64,000 nt of DNA from Octopus vulgaris (lineage: Eukaryota). A program made the position numbers and the translations under genes. The notes under the pieces are model-generated. The model did not search any database and was not told the origin of the DNA. It saw only the letters and a list, made by a program, of their open reading frames with translations. Numbering within the stretch: position 1 is the first letter of the stretch; each line of letters begins with the position of its first letter. The DNA is taken from contig OX597817.1 of assembly GCA_951406725.2 (NCBI GenBank), forward strand, positions 156,674,001-156,738,000, read 5' to 3'. Below are positions 39,601 to 53,041 of this stretch, piece by piece.

Positions 39601-42600
39601 TGATCAATCAGTTGATAGCATTGAACCAGTTGATGCCAACATTTCGTATAGTCAACAAATTCCATCTGATCAAGATTATAACATTGGAAAGCTGTCTGCT
39701 CCAGATATTCCATACGTAGAAATGAGGAAACCTGAAGATCATGATGAATATTATGATGTACCAACTGGTGAAGTGCTGCCAGATACTAAAGTTACCAAAC
39801 CTACTGGTCCATTTGGTGTCTACCATGTTGATCTTCCAGTGGATCTTGAGCAATTACATCGTGTTGACACACCTTCTCGTCCAGTCAGCTCTCAAGATAT
39901 TGACAAATCACTTACTCAAGCTGACATCCCAACTACTCAAGACTTCCCAGAAGGTATTGAACACACTATTGGAGAGTATCGTACCACACCTATTGATGTT
40001 TTTCCAGGTCAAGATCACCAGCTACCTGTAGAGCCACTCTCTCGTAAAGACATTCCTGTAGTTGAGTCATCTCTTGATCAAATTCATCAGCAAGTCCCTA
40101 TTCCTACTGATCAAAATGTCAGACGCTCGGTTGGTGGAGGTGTATATCATGTAGACCAGCCTGTTGCTCTGGAAACTTTGCACCGTGTTGAGAAACCTTG
40201 CTTTCAAAATGGAGAGTATCCTATTGATCAATCAGTTGATAGCATTGAACCAGTTGATGCCAACATTTCGTATAGTCAACAAATTCCATCTGATCAAGAT
40301 TATAACATTGGAAAGCTGTCTGCTCCAGATATTCCACACGTAGAAATGAGGAAACCTGAAGATCATGATGAATATTATGATGTACCAACTGGTGAAGTGC
40401 TGCCAGATACTAAAGTTACCGAACCTACTGGTCCATTTGGTGTCTACCATGTTGATCTTCCAGTGGATCTTGAACAATTACATCGTGTTGACCCACCTTC
40501 TCGTCCAGTCAGCTCTCAAGATATTGACAAATCACCTACTCAAGCTGACATACCAAGTACTCAAGACTTCCCAGAAGGTATTGAACACACTATTGGAGAA
40601 TATCGTACCACACCTGTTGATATTGTTCCAGGTCAAGATCACCAGCTACCTGTAGAGCCACTCTCTCGTAAAGACATTCCTGTAGTTGAGTCATCTGTTG
40701 ATCAAATTCATCAGCAAGTCCCTATTCCTACTGATCGGAATGTCAGACGTTCTGTTGGTGGAGGTGTATATCATGTAGACCAGCCTGTTGCTCTGGAAAC
40801 TTTGCACCGTGTTGAGAAACCTTCCTTTCAAAGTGGAGAGTATCCTATTGATCAATCAGTTGATAGCATTGAACCAGTTGATGCCAACATTTCGTATAGT
40901 CAACAAATTCCATCTGATCAAGATTATAACATTGGAAAGCTGTCTGCTCCAGATATTCCATATGTAGAAATGAGGAAACCTGAAGATCATGATGAATATT
41001 ATGATGTACCAGCTGGTGAAGTGCTGCCAGATACTAAAGTTACCAAACCTACTGGTCCATTTGGTGTCTACCATGTTGATCTTCCAGTGGATCTTGAGCA
41101 ATTACATCGTGTTGACCCACCTTCTCGTCCAGTCAGCTCTCAAGATATTGACAAATCACTTACTCAAGCTGACATCCCAACTACTCAAGACTTCCCAGAA
41201 GGTATTGAACACACTATTGGAGAATATCGTACCACACCTGTTGATATTGTCCCAGGTCAAGATCACCAGCTACCTGTAGAGCCACTCTCTCGTAAAGACA
41301 TTCCTGTAGTTGAGTCATCTCTTGATCAAATTCATCAGCAAGTCCCTATTCCTACTGATCGGAATGTCAGACGCTCTGTTGGTGGAGGTGTCTATCATGT
41401 AGACCAGCCTGTTGCTCTGGAAACTTTGCACCGTGTTGAGAAACCTTCCTTTCAAAGTGGAGAGTATCCTATTGATCAATCTGTTGATAGCATTGAACCA
41501 GTTGAAACCAACATTTCGTATAGTCAACAAATTCCATCTGATCAAGATTATAACATTGGAAAGCTGTCTGCTCCAGATATTCCATATGTAGAAATGAGGA
41601 AACCTGAAGATCATGATGAATATTATGATGTACCAACTGGTGAAGTGCTGCCAGATACTAAAGTTACCAAACCTACTGGTCCATTTGGTGTCTACCATGT
41701 TGATCTTCCAGTGGATCTTGAGCAATTACATCGTGTTGACCCACCTTCTCGTCCAGTCAGCTCTCAAGATATTGACAAATCACTTACTCAAGCTGACATC
41801 CCAACTACTCAAGACTTCCCAGAAGGTATTGAACACACTATTGGAGAATATCGTACCACACCTGTTGATGTTGTCCCAGGTCAAGATCACGATCTACCTG
41901 TAGAGCCACTCTCTCGTAAAGACATTCCTGTAGTTGAGTCATCTGTTGATCAAATTCATCAGCAAGTCCCTATTCCTACTGATCGGAATGTCAGACGCTC
42001 GGTTGGTGGAGGTGTATATCATGTAGACCAACCTGTTGCTCTGGAAACTTTGCACCGTGTTGAGAAACCTTCCTTTCAAAGTGGAGAGTATCCTATTGAT
42101 CAATCAGTTGATGCCAACATTGCGTATAGTCAACAAATTCCATCTGATCAAGATTATAACATTGGAAAGCTGTCTACTCCAGATATTCCACATGTAGAAA
42201 TGAAGAAACCTGAAGATCATGATGAATATTATGATGTACCAACTGGTGAAGTGCTGCCAGATACTAAAGTTACCAAACCTACTGGTCCATTTGGTGTCTA
42301 CCATGTTGATCTTCCAGTGGATCTTGAACAATTACATCGTGTTGACCCACCTTCTCGTCCGGTCAGCTCTCAAGATATTGACAAATCACTTACTCAAGCT
42401 GACATCCCAACTACTCAAGACTTCCCAGAAGGTATTGAACACACTATTGGAGAATATCATACCACACCTGTTGATGTTGTCCCAGGTCAAGATCACGATC
42501 TACCTGTTGAGCCACTCTCTCGTAAAGACATTCCTGTAGTTGAGTCATCTCTTGATCAAATTCATCAGCAAGTCCCTATTCCTACTGATCGGAATGTCAG

Positions 42601-45600
42601 ACACTCGGTTGGTGGAGGTGTATATCATGTAGACCAGCCTGTTGCTCTGGAAACTTTGCACCGTGTTGAGAAACCTTCCTTTCAAAGTGGAGAGTATCCT
42701 ATTGATCACTCAGTTGATAGCATTGAACCAGTTGATGCCAACATTTCGTATAGTCAACAAATTCCATCTGATCAAGATTATAACATTGGAAAGCTGTCTG
42801 CTCCAGATATTCCACACGTAGAAATGAGGAAACCTGAAGATCATGATGAATATTATGATGTACCAACTGGTGAAGTGCTGCCAGATAGTAAAGTTACCAA
42901 ACCTACTGGTCCATTTGGTGTCTACCATGTTGATCTTCCAGTGGATCTTGAACAATTACGTCGTGTTGACCCACCTTCTCGTCCAGTCAGCTCTCAAGAT
43001 ATTGACAAATCACTTACTCAAGCTGACATCCCAACTACTCAAGACTTCCCAGAAGGTATTGAACACACTATTGGAGAATATCGTACCACACCTATTGATG
43101 TTGTCCCAGGTCAAGATCACGATCTACCTGTTGAGCCACTCTCTCGTAAAGACATTCCTGTAGTTGAGTCATCTCTTGATCAAATTCATCAGCAAGTCCC
43201 TATTCCTACTGATCGGAATGTCAGACGCTCGGTTGGTGGAGGTGTATATCATGTAGACCAACCTGTTGCTCTGGAAACTTTGCACCGTGTTGAGAAACCT
43301 TCCTTTCAAAGTGGAGAGTATCCTATCAATGAATCAGTTGATAGCATTGAACCAGTTGAAACCAACATTTCGTATAGTCAACAAATTCCATCTGATCAAG
43401 ATTATAACATTGGAAAGCTGTCTGCTCCAGATATTCCACACGTAGAAATGAGGAAACCTGAAGATCATGATGAATATTATGATGTACCAACTGGTGAAGT
43501 GCTGCCAGATACTAAAGTTACCAAACCTACTGGTCCATTTGGTGTCTACTATGTTGATCTTCCAGTGGATCTTGAACAATTACGTCGTGTTGACCCACCT
43601 TCTCGTCCAGTCAGCTCTCAAGATATTGACAAATCACTTACTCAAGCTGACATCCCAACTACTCAAGACTTCCCAGAAGGTATTGTACACACTATTGGAG
43701 AATATCGTACCACACCTGTTGATATTGTTCCAGGTCAAGATCACCAGCTACCTGTAGAGCCACTCTCTCGTAAAGACATTCCTGTAGTTGAGTCATCTGT
43801 TGATCAAATTCATCAGCAAGTCCCTATTCCTAATGATCGGAATGTCAGACGCTCTGTTGGTGGAGGTGTATATCATGTAGACCAACCTGTTGCTCTGGAA
43901 ACTTTGCACCGTGTTGAGAAACCTTCCTTTCAAAGTGGAGAGTTTCCTATCAATCAATCAGTTGATAGCATTGAACCAGTTGAAACCAACATTTCATATA
44001 GTCAACAAATTCCATCTGATCAAGATTATAACATTGGAAAGCTGTCTGCTCCAGATATTCCATATGTAGAAATGAGGAAACCTGAAGATCATGATGAATA
44101 TTATGATGTACCAGCTGGTGAAGTGCTGCCAGATACTAAAGTTACCAAACCTACTGGTCCATTTGGTGTCTACCATGTTGATCTTCCAGTGGATCTTGAA
44201 CAATTACGTCGTGTTGACCCACCTTCTCGTCCAGTCAGCTCTCAAGATATTGACAAATCACTTACTCAAGCTGACATCCCAACTACTCAAGACTTCCCAG
44301 AAGGTATTGTACACACTATTGGAGAATATCGTACCACACCTGTTGATATTGTTCCAGGTCAAGATCACCAGCTACCTGTAGAGCCACTCTCTCGTAAAGA
44401 CATTCCTGTAGTTGAGTCATCTGTTGATCAAATTCATCAGCAAGTCCCTATTCCTAATGATCGGAATGTCAGACGCTCTGTTGGTGGAGGTGTATATCAT
44501 GTAGACCAACCTGTTGCTCTGGAAACTTTGCACCGTGTTGAGAAACCTTCCTTTCAAAGTGGAGAGTTTCCTATCAATCAATCAGTTGATAGCATTGAAC
44601 CAGTTGAAACCAACATTTCATATAGTCAACAAATTCCATCTGATCAAGATTATAACATTGGAAAGCTGTCTGCTCCAGATATTCCATATGTAGAAATGAG
44701 GAAACCTGAAGATCATGATGAATATTATGATGTACCAGCTGGTGAAGTGCTGCCAGATACTAAAGTTACCAAACCTACTGGTCCATTTGGTGTCTACCAT
44801 GTTGATCTTCCAGTGGATCTTGAGCAATTACATCGTGTTGACCCACGTTCTCGTCCAGTCAGCTCTCAAGATATTGACAAATCATTTACTCAAGCTGACA
44901 TACGAAGTACTCAAGACTTCCCAGAAGGTATTGAACACACTATTGGAGAGTATCGTACCACACCTGTTTATGTTTTTCCAGGTCAAGATCACCAGCTACC
45001 TGTAGAGCCACTCTCTCGTAAAGACATTCATGTTGTTGAGCCATCTGTTGGTTACATTGGTCAGCAAGTCCCTATTCCTACTGATCAAAATATCAGACGC
45101 TCTGTTGGTGGAAGTGTTTATCCTGTTGACCATCCTGTTATTCCGGGAACTTTGCACTATGTTGACAGAGAGTATCCTGTTGGTCAGTCAGCTGATACTA
45201 CTGAAACAGGTGATGTCACTCTTCTTCATGGTCGACAACTTCTACCTGATCAAGATTATAATATTGAAATACTCTCTCCTCAAGATATTCCACAGGTACA
45301 AATGTCCAAAACTAAAGATAATTTTCAGTATCATGATCTGCCAGCCAGTAAACAACTGCAAAGTATTGATGTGGCCAAACCTAGTGGTCCATTTGGTGTT
45401 TATCATGTTGATCTTCCAGTGGATCTAGAACAGCTACATCGTGCTGCCAAACCTTCTTCTCAAGGTGGCTCTCAGCCTGTCGATAAACCAGCAGGCAATG
45501 CTGACGTCACTACACATCATGATACCCCAGAAATTATTGGACAGTCTATTGGAGAATATCATACAACACCTGATCTTCCTACTAGTCAAGGCCAATTGCC

Positions 45601-48600
45601 TACTAAACAAGATGATCATATAATCAAACAGCCCATTGCTCCAGGTGTTCAATATAATAAAATATCCACTCAAGATACTGATGCTGTTCATATTCCCACT
45701 GACCAATATGGCCAGCCTATTTCTCCATCCACTGCTCAAGATGATCATGGTAATAGACTGTCCATTGGTGCAGGTGTTTATCATGTGGATGTTCCAAGTA
45801 ATCTTGAACAACTACACAGAGTTGACCAACATAGTCAGCTGAGACCTACAAGCGATATTGATCAACCTACGCATCAGGATGTACAAGGTAACATTGGTTT
45901 ACGTGCTGGTCAGGATGTTGAAAACAATGTTGTAATACCTGCTCCTGAAGGCATTCGTAGTGTGACTGTGGTTTCTACTCCAGGAATACATCATATGTCC
46001 TCTCAAATTGTAGATATGCAGTCTCCTGTCACATCCTCTGACCTGAAATTTCCACTTGCTCAGGAACAGTATACTGGTGAAGGTATTCCAGTTCCCACAA
46101 GTCGAGATCAACTTAATAAGGCAGATATTCACATTGGTGAAGGCCAAGAGCTGTCAAGTATTGAGCAGCTCGCAGATAAAGGTAGTTCCAGTGTTGATCC
46201 ACGTGGTTTTGCTTTACCATCCAATAAAGGCAATACATACATTGGTGGGTTACCAGTTCATGCTGAGCTTCCTACTAGCCAAGAGGATCATCGTGATGGT
46301 CTTTCAACTAATCGGCCTTCCTTCCATAGTGACACCCCAACAGGTGGTTCACGCCTGCATCACGTTGACCACTCCACCGGTCAAGATAGTTGCAAGCCCA
46401 TTGACTTATCTGTTGATCAAGATCCTTTAGTTGACAATTTTCCTGCCGATCAGTACTGCTATTATGTTGACCCCCCTATAACCGAAAAAATTTCCCTTGC
46501 ACATGAAACTACTGACCTATCCACGAACAAACATATACCTCTACATAGTTTTCATCTGTCCACTGGTCAAGATGTTCATCAACATCTTCCTCTTCAGGCT
46601 CATCAAGTTGAATTACATCATGATGATTCTCGAACTGAAGATGGTAATCAAGATACTAACAAAATTGTTGGAGTTCATTGTGATAAAGTATCTGCTGGTG
46701 GTCAGATTCTAACCACGGTCCTGACATCTGACAGTGATGTTGGTCACCTTCGAGAGGAAGATCATAATGTTGATGGAAGTGTCAGTTCAGATGGGGCTGT
46801 CCCTAGCATTCAGGCACAAGTACAAAATCTCAATGTCACCTCATGCCAAGGACAGCTCAAAAAAGATGACCTATCCAGTGGGCAAGATAAGTTCAAGTCA
46901 GTTCAAAATACTGGTCAACATAGAGATGACCATGAATGTCGGTATGGCCTCAAACATACTGACCAACATGGAGATGACCATGAATGTCAGTATGGCCTCA
47001 AGCATACTGATCAAGATGATGATCATGAATGTCGGTATGGCCTCAAACATACTGACCAGCATGGAGATGACCATGAATGTCGGTATGGCCTCAAACATAC
47101 TGACCAGCATGGAGATGACCATGAATGTCGGTATGGCCTCAAACATACTGACCAGCATGGAGATGACCATGAATGTCGATATGGCCTTAAACATAGTGAC
47201 CAACATGGAGATGACCATGAATGTCGGTATGGCCTTAAACATACTGACCAGCATGGAGATGACCATGAATGTCGATATGGCCTTAAACATACTGACCAGC
47301 ATGGAGATGACCATGAATGTCGATATGGCCTTAAACATAGTGACCAACATGGAGATGACCATGAATGTCGATATGGCCTCAAACATACTGACCAGCATGG
47401 AGATGACCATGAATGTCGATATGGCCTTAAACATAGTGACCAGCATGGAGATGACCATGAATGTCGATATGGCCTTAAACATAGTGACCAACATGGAGAT
47501 GACCATGAATGTCGGTATGGCCTTAAACATAGTGACCAACATGGAGATGACCATGAATATGGCCTCAAACATACTGACCAACATGGAGATGACCGTGAAT
47601 GTCGGTACGGCCTCAAAGACAGTGAACAACAACAAGATGACTTTCAATGTCAATATAGCATCAAATATATTGACCAACATAGAGATAACAAAGAATGCGA
47701 GTATAGCCTCAGACATACTGACCAAGGTAATGTCTTTGAATGTCAGTATGACCTCGAACATAGTGACCAGTATAGGGATGATCAATACTGCTTTTATATT
47801 AACCCCCCTGTCACCGAACAAATTTTCCTTGCACCTCAAACTGCTGACCCATCTGTGTCCAAACATGTTCCTCTACATTGTTTTCATCTGTCCACTGGTC
47901 AAGATGTTCAACAACATATTCCTCTTCAGTCTCATCAAGTTGATTTACGTCATGCTGATTCTCAAACTGGTGAAAATGGTAATCAAGTTGGTGACAAAAC
48001 TGTTGACATTCATTGTGATAAAGTATCCACTGGTGGTCAGATTCTAACCACTGTCCTTACGTCTGACAGTGATGCTGGTCACCTTCAAGAGGAAGGTGGA
48101 ATAGTCTCTGTCGTCCAGACACATGTACAAAAGAACCTCACCTCTGAGGGAGCTCAATCGCAAAAAGATGACCTTTCCACTGGACAAGGTCAGTCCAAGT
48201 TAGTTCAAGGTACTGAACAGCAGGGCACTGAATATAGCTTTGGACAAGGTCTTCAACAGAGCAGCAGCACTGAATGCAAGTATACTTTTGAACATACTGG
48301 TCAATCAGGTGAAAGTAGTAGCTATAACATTGAACAAACACACATCACACACAGTTTTCCAAAATCTGATGAGCTCTCTGGTCATCAACAGGGTGACGTA
48401 TCCATCCTCCATCTTTCCACCCAACAACCCGATGCACCTTCTAGTAGTCGCTCTCAAAGTAGCACTACTCAGCAAGGGGACATTTCATATTCCACTCACA
48501 TATCATCTCAGTCAACTTCAGACCAAGATACTCTCCAATTCCAAGACTCTCGCACACCGACCGTTCTATCTGACCCCACTAAAGAGGTCACAACAAAAAA

Positions 48601-48656
48601 GTCTTCACGGAAATCTCGTAAATCAAATCGTAAGAAGAAAAAAACATCTTCACAAG
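36628..48656 (+). CDS. giant phase-1 exon (~12 kb, ~4009 codons after correcting three indels) encoding a repeat-rich disordered region; probably giant ankyrin-like
   Basis: Acceptor TTTTTGCTTTACAG|GC at 36627 and donor CAAG|GTAATT at 48656. ORFs 36651-38186, 38289-38783 and 38930-48784 are one repeat-continuous reading broken by -1 (~38128), +1 (~38326) and +2 (~38754) indels relative to the other repeat copies. 12029-2 = 12027 nt = 4009 codons. Confidence 0.8.
37614..45085 (+). repeat. coding 624-bp (208-aa) tandem repeat, 12 near-identical units plus a degenerate 13th to ~45600
   Basis: Units begin CAAAATGTCAGACG/CGGAATGTCAGACG at 37614, 38237, 38864, 39488 ... 45086. One unit is 606 bp (18-bp deletion near 42110). 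Confidence 0.95.
46919..47770 (+). repeat. coding 48-bp (16-aa HGDDHECRYGLKH[T/S]DQ) tandem repeat
   Basis: About 15 close copies plus 3 degenerate copies, seen in both the DNA and the 3284-aa ORF. Confidence 0.95.
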
Positions 48657-49319
48657 GTAATTTAGATGATCTCTGGTTTTTGCCTACCTCTCTCTCTCTC
48701 TCTCTTTTTTGCTCAGTCACTCTCTTTTTCATTCACTCACTTGTTCACGTTCTTACACTTTCGTCTCTTCTTAATATCTGCTGAAAGATATCTTCAACCT
48801 TGGCCTCAGCTTAATATAAAGGTTCTGGTATAAAAACAAAACTGATTTAAGCAAAAGCGCTCTAACTAACCATTCTCTTCAAAGTGTCTCTCAGAAATAC
48901 AACTTCACTGTTGTTACTGAGGAAAAAAGAAAAAACAGGCCTTTATCTTCACCAAAACCAGGATTGTTGTTGTTGTTGGTCAACATTTGAGTGATGACTT
49001 CTCTGATTGCACTTTGATGCCACTTCCTAGAGTTTTAACCATCATCCTCTAACTTCTGACAGGTTTCATTTCTGTGTAGAAACTGGTTTATTACATCTTA
49101 TTTGGCTTGTTTTTATTACATATTTTTATTCATTCCCCCTCCACCTTTTTTTTTTTTTGTTTTGTGTGAATTGGCACTCAAAGACAATACAAAGATTTCA
49201 TTTGCTTGACACTTTATCAGGTAAGCAATATTAATGACAACAACGATGATCCAGAAAAGTCTTTGATTAACATATGCTTTAGAAATATTTCAACAAGTTC
49301 ATGAATGTTGTATTGAGGG

Positions 49320-49740
49320 ATCAATTATTGGTTGACTTCACCATCTTTTCATGGCCATACAACTAAACACTCATTGACAATGAAATCACCTTTTCAATGA
49401 CCATCTGTACATATGGCTATAGTTTTGGTAGTCATATAACCCTTTCTTTTCAGTGGCTATATATCCAGATTGCTAGTAGTTGTATAACCATCAATTCAGT
49501 GGTCACACATTTCATAGGTAACACTATAACCACCTCTTCAGTGGTCCTGCTAATTATTTCTTGTGGCCATGTAACCCTCTCATCAGAAGCCATCAAGTCC
49601 TCCCTTCCATAGTCCTCTATCTCTCTTATCAATAACTATTATACAACTACTTCTTCAGTGGTTACACAGTTTCTCCTCTTGTGGGTCATTTCACCATCTT
49701 TTCATTGACCACATAGCTTCTATCTTTCGGTCATAAGCAT
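49320..49740. repeat. degenerate short tandem repeat (AACCAC/TCTTCAGTGG-like)
   Basis: Recurring ACCATCTTTTCA(T/G)TGG(C/T)CA-type units of about 25 bp. Confidence 0.45.
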
Positions 49741-50604
49741 TCTTTTGTGACATTCTTCATATTCCCTCTCAAGTACAGTGTGCATTAGAAGATATTTCTA
49801 GCAACTTTGAAGATGTATTTGCCTCATTATGGTGCTGGTATTTATAAAAATAACTGCTAAATACATCATTCATAACCTAATAATTTTCAGAGATATGCAT
49901 GCTTTCATAAAATTCTTAGATATGTCTCCTTTTCTGTATTTTATACAAAATTTTTCTTTATGTTGCTATTATTTGTCATCGTTATTATTATTTACTATTA
50001 CTCTCAGCTTCTTCATATTTCATTTGCATTATTCAATTACTTTTAGCTTTCTTGACTAATACATTGATTGAAGTAAAAGCCCTTCAAACTTTTGGTGGTG
50101 GTGTTTTTTGATTTGTTAAAAAAAAATGCCTTAGTGTTGTTATTCATTGTCCTTCGCATGCCATTTGTGTCTTCCTCATTATTACTATTATTATTTTCCA
50201 TAAGATCATTACCTCTTATGCTTCGTTATTTTCATCTGTAGCATTTCATTTGTAGCATACAAATACATAAAAAAATACTCACTTGCAAATGCACGCACGC
50301 ACACACACTTTATATGCATACAACAAAATCAATAATCGTTACCTGCCGATTTTTATTTTTATTTGTTTTGTTTGCTTTTTTAGTTTTGTTTTTTTAAGCA
50401 TTCCTACCTTCGTTTTTATGTATGCAATTAAGGGTTGGACAGGTCAGTAAAGTAAAAATTTTTCTACGGATTCTTGAATCAGATTCGAATGGACATACAT
50501 TTTGCGTGTATCTGCATTTGTACTGCTGTGTATATGCGTGCAAGTGTGAGCAGCTGTGTGTTATGCGTGCAAGTGTGAGCATTTGTGTGTACAGGGGTGT
50601 GTTT

Positions 50605-50860
50605 GATATATACATTAAAAATGGGGACGGATGGTTTGTGGGATTACCTTAGGTTTCCCATCCATAAATGGTTCAGTTTTATGGCATATCATCAGATCCC
50701 GAAAACCTGCTGGCCCATGACCTCTTGAAAATATTTTAAACAGGTCATGGGCCAACAAGTTTTTGAAATTCTGACGATACGTCTTAAAGCTAAACCCTTT
50801 ATGGACAGGAAACCTAAGATAATCCAATAAACCAGCCTTCCCCATTTTTAGTATATACAT
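50605..50860. mobile_element. MITE / foldback element with ~90-bp imperfect terminal inverted repeats
   Basis: TAAAAATGGGGACGGATGGTTTGTGGGATTACCTTAGGTTTCCCATCCATAAA... pairs with ...TTTATGGACAGGAAACCTAAGATAATCCAATAAACCAGCCTTCCCCATTTTTA. Confidence 0.75.
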
Positions 50861-50904
50861 CTTAGAGTGTGCTTCTTTTGGATTTATGTATTTTGCAAAC
50901 AACA

Positions 50905-51287
<383 letters not shown>

Positions 51288-51593
51288 TTGTATAAAACAG
51301 GATATTCATAACATATGTAATTATATATGTCAAGCATATATGAACAACTTTACCGATCAATTTGTAATTACTCAAAATCATTATTATCATCATTGTCATC
51401 ACCATCATTATCATCTTCAACTTTGTGGCCAGCATGGCTATATCAGTGGAACCAAATGTAATAAATGGACTACTTAATAGATATAGAGTGGACAGTCGTC
51501 AGCATTTGAAAAGTTGTATTTACATGGAGTACAGCAATAAATATCTTGCCTGTATAAACACTCATGCACATACACTCTATTAACGAAACAAAG

Positions 51594-51623
51594 AACAAGA
51601 ACCAGGGACTCTCAGTGAAGCAG
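51594..51623 (+). CDS. candidate 30-nt phase-1 microexon (EQEPGTLSEA)
   Basis: CTATTAACGAAACAAAG|AA CAA GAA CCA GGG ACT CTC AGT GAA GCA G|GTGTCT. Purine-rich island in the same phase as the other exons, with an A-rich acceptor like that at 63084. Confidence 0.35.
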
Positions 51624-52994
51624 GTGTCTGAACCGATGGTGCTGTCATAACACCGTAGTATCATAAGTAGCAACTAGTGGTCTCAAATGATTTTCTTTTC
51701 CCATCACTTTCATCAGTAGTTCATTATTGCACACACACACACACATTGATTGTGTTTTACTCTACTAAAATCAAAAAGCAAATATATTTTAATTTACTTC
51801 ATAATTTTGAAACATTAGCTTCACCAGTTTTTTTTTAGCCACTCAAGAGGACGCTCAAGTAAATACTCAACTAGATAAATAAAGGACTTTTGGGTACATT
51901 GAAATTAGATGTGAAACAATGGTCGGGAGGTAGGGGTGTATGGTGATGATGAAGAAGAAAAGGTTAATAAGTACAGCCACAAATGTGTTTAATTATTGGC
52001 ACAAGTGATTCCTCCAAAATAGAATCTTGGAAAGATCAATATAAGTCATATCATCATCATTACCATCATCATTTTACATCTGCTTTCCACACTGGTTTGG
52101 CTCGGATCGTTCAACCGGATCTGATGGGTTGGAGGCCCACACCTTGCTCCAGCTTCTTGCTTTGGTTTGAGCTCTATGGCTGGATGCCCTTCATGGATGG
52201 CTACGCTTTAGAGAGTGTATCAGGAGCATTTTTGTCATGGCACCAGCACAGTAGAGGTTCCCTTGCCCTCAGCATGACTTGAAAGAATACTCTCAACTTT
52301 CACATATGTTTTATAATTAGTTATTCATAAGGAATAAACCAATGAGATTCTTCAGTTTTTGATAGAAAAGGTGTTAGAAAACGAACAGATACAGACTAAT
52401 TAAGGATTCGTTATATGTGTAGCCATGCTTAAACAGAGAAGTCCATTAGCAAACTATGATGTACATAAATGTATGCATATTTAAATAACTGATATATACA
52501 CTCATATACAAAACAACTACTCAAAGAAATTGGCTATAATTTTCAGTCAAAAATTATCTGTTTTCTTCTTTAATTCATTAACTTTTCAGCATGTCTTCAT
52601 CTCAGCATCATGTTTCTGTTTCCATTACCTCCTATTTTCATTTTGTTGCCATGGTTACCATCTTACCCCCATCTCTGTTGTTTAACTTGACTTGCATGTT
52701 TCTATAATTATTATTTTGATTGTTTTTGCCATTGTTATTAATGTTGTTTAACCCCAGGTCAGATCTTATCCAGCAAACTTATGATCAAAGACTTTCCAGC
52801 CATGACCATCACGTCTCTTATTCAGGCATAGTGTATCAAGGAATACATTATCCAATATGTCCTTCCATTTTTTTTAAGATGGTAGGATGTGATTTAAGGG
52901 AGATTTCCTTATTATATATAATAGATGTACCAGCTATATGTAGGGGTCTTTGTTGTTTCATAGTTCACCTTGTTGCCATAGTTGTTGATGTTGT

Positions 52995-53041
<47 letters not shown>

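Noticed and set aside
37734-45005. Recurring 81-aa minus-strand and 96-aa plus-strand ORFs
   Set aside because: They are shadows of the 624-bp coding repeat.
46734-48047. Overlapping 437-aa (+), 322-aa (-) and 197-aa (-) ORFs as separate genes
   Set aside because: They are alternate frames of the stop-free 48-bp repeat, largely confined to the array, with no independent splice or homology support.
36628-48656. Calling the 12-kb exon a pseudogene
   Set aside because: About 10 kb remain open, other length variants are codon-multiples, and the three indels cluster where repeat mis-polishing is expected or where they could be spliced out.
48657-48784. Hydrophobic ORF tail as a transmembrane anchor
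   Set aside because: It lies beyond a good phase-1 donor and is encoded by a (CT)n/T-rich tract typical of intron.
49180-49226. Exon ending at the strong donor CAG|GTAAGC (49220)
   Set aside because: I found no acceptor giving an open phase-1 symmetric exon.
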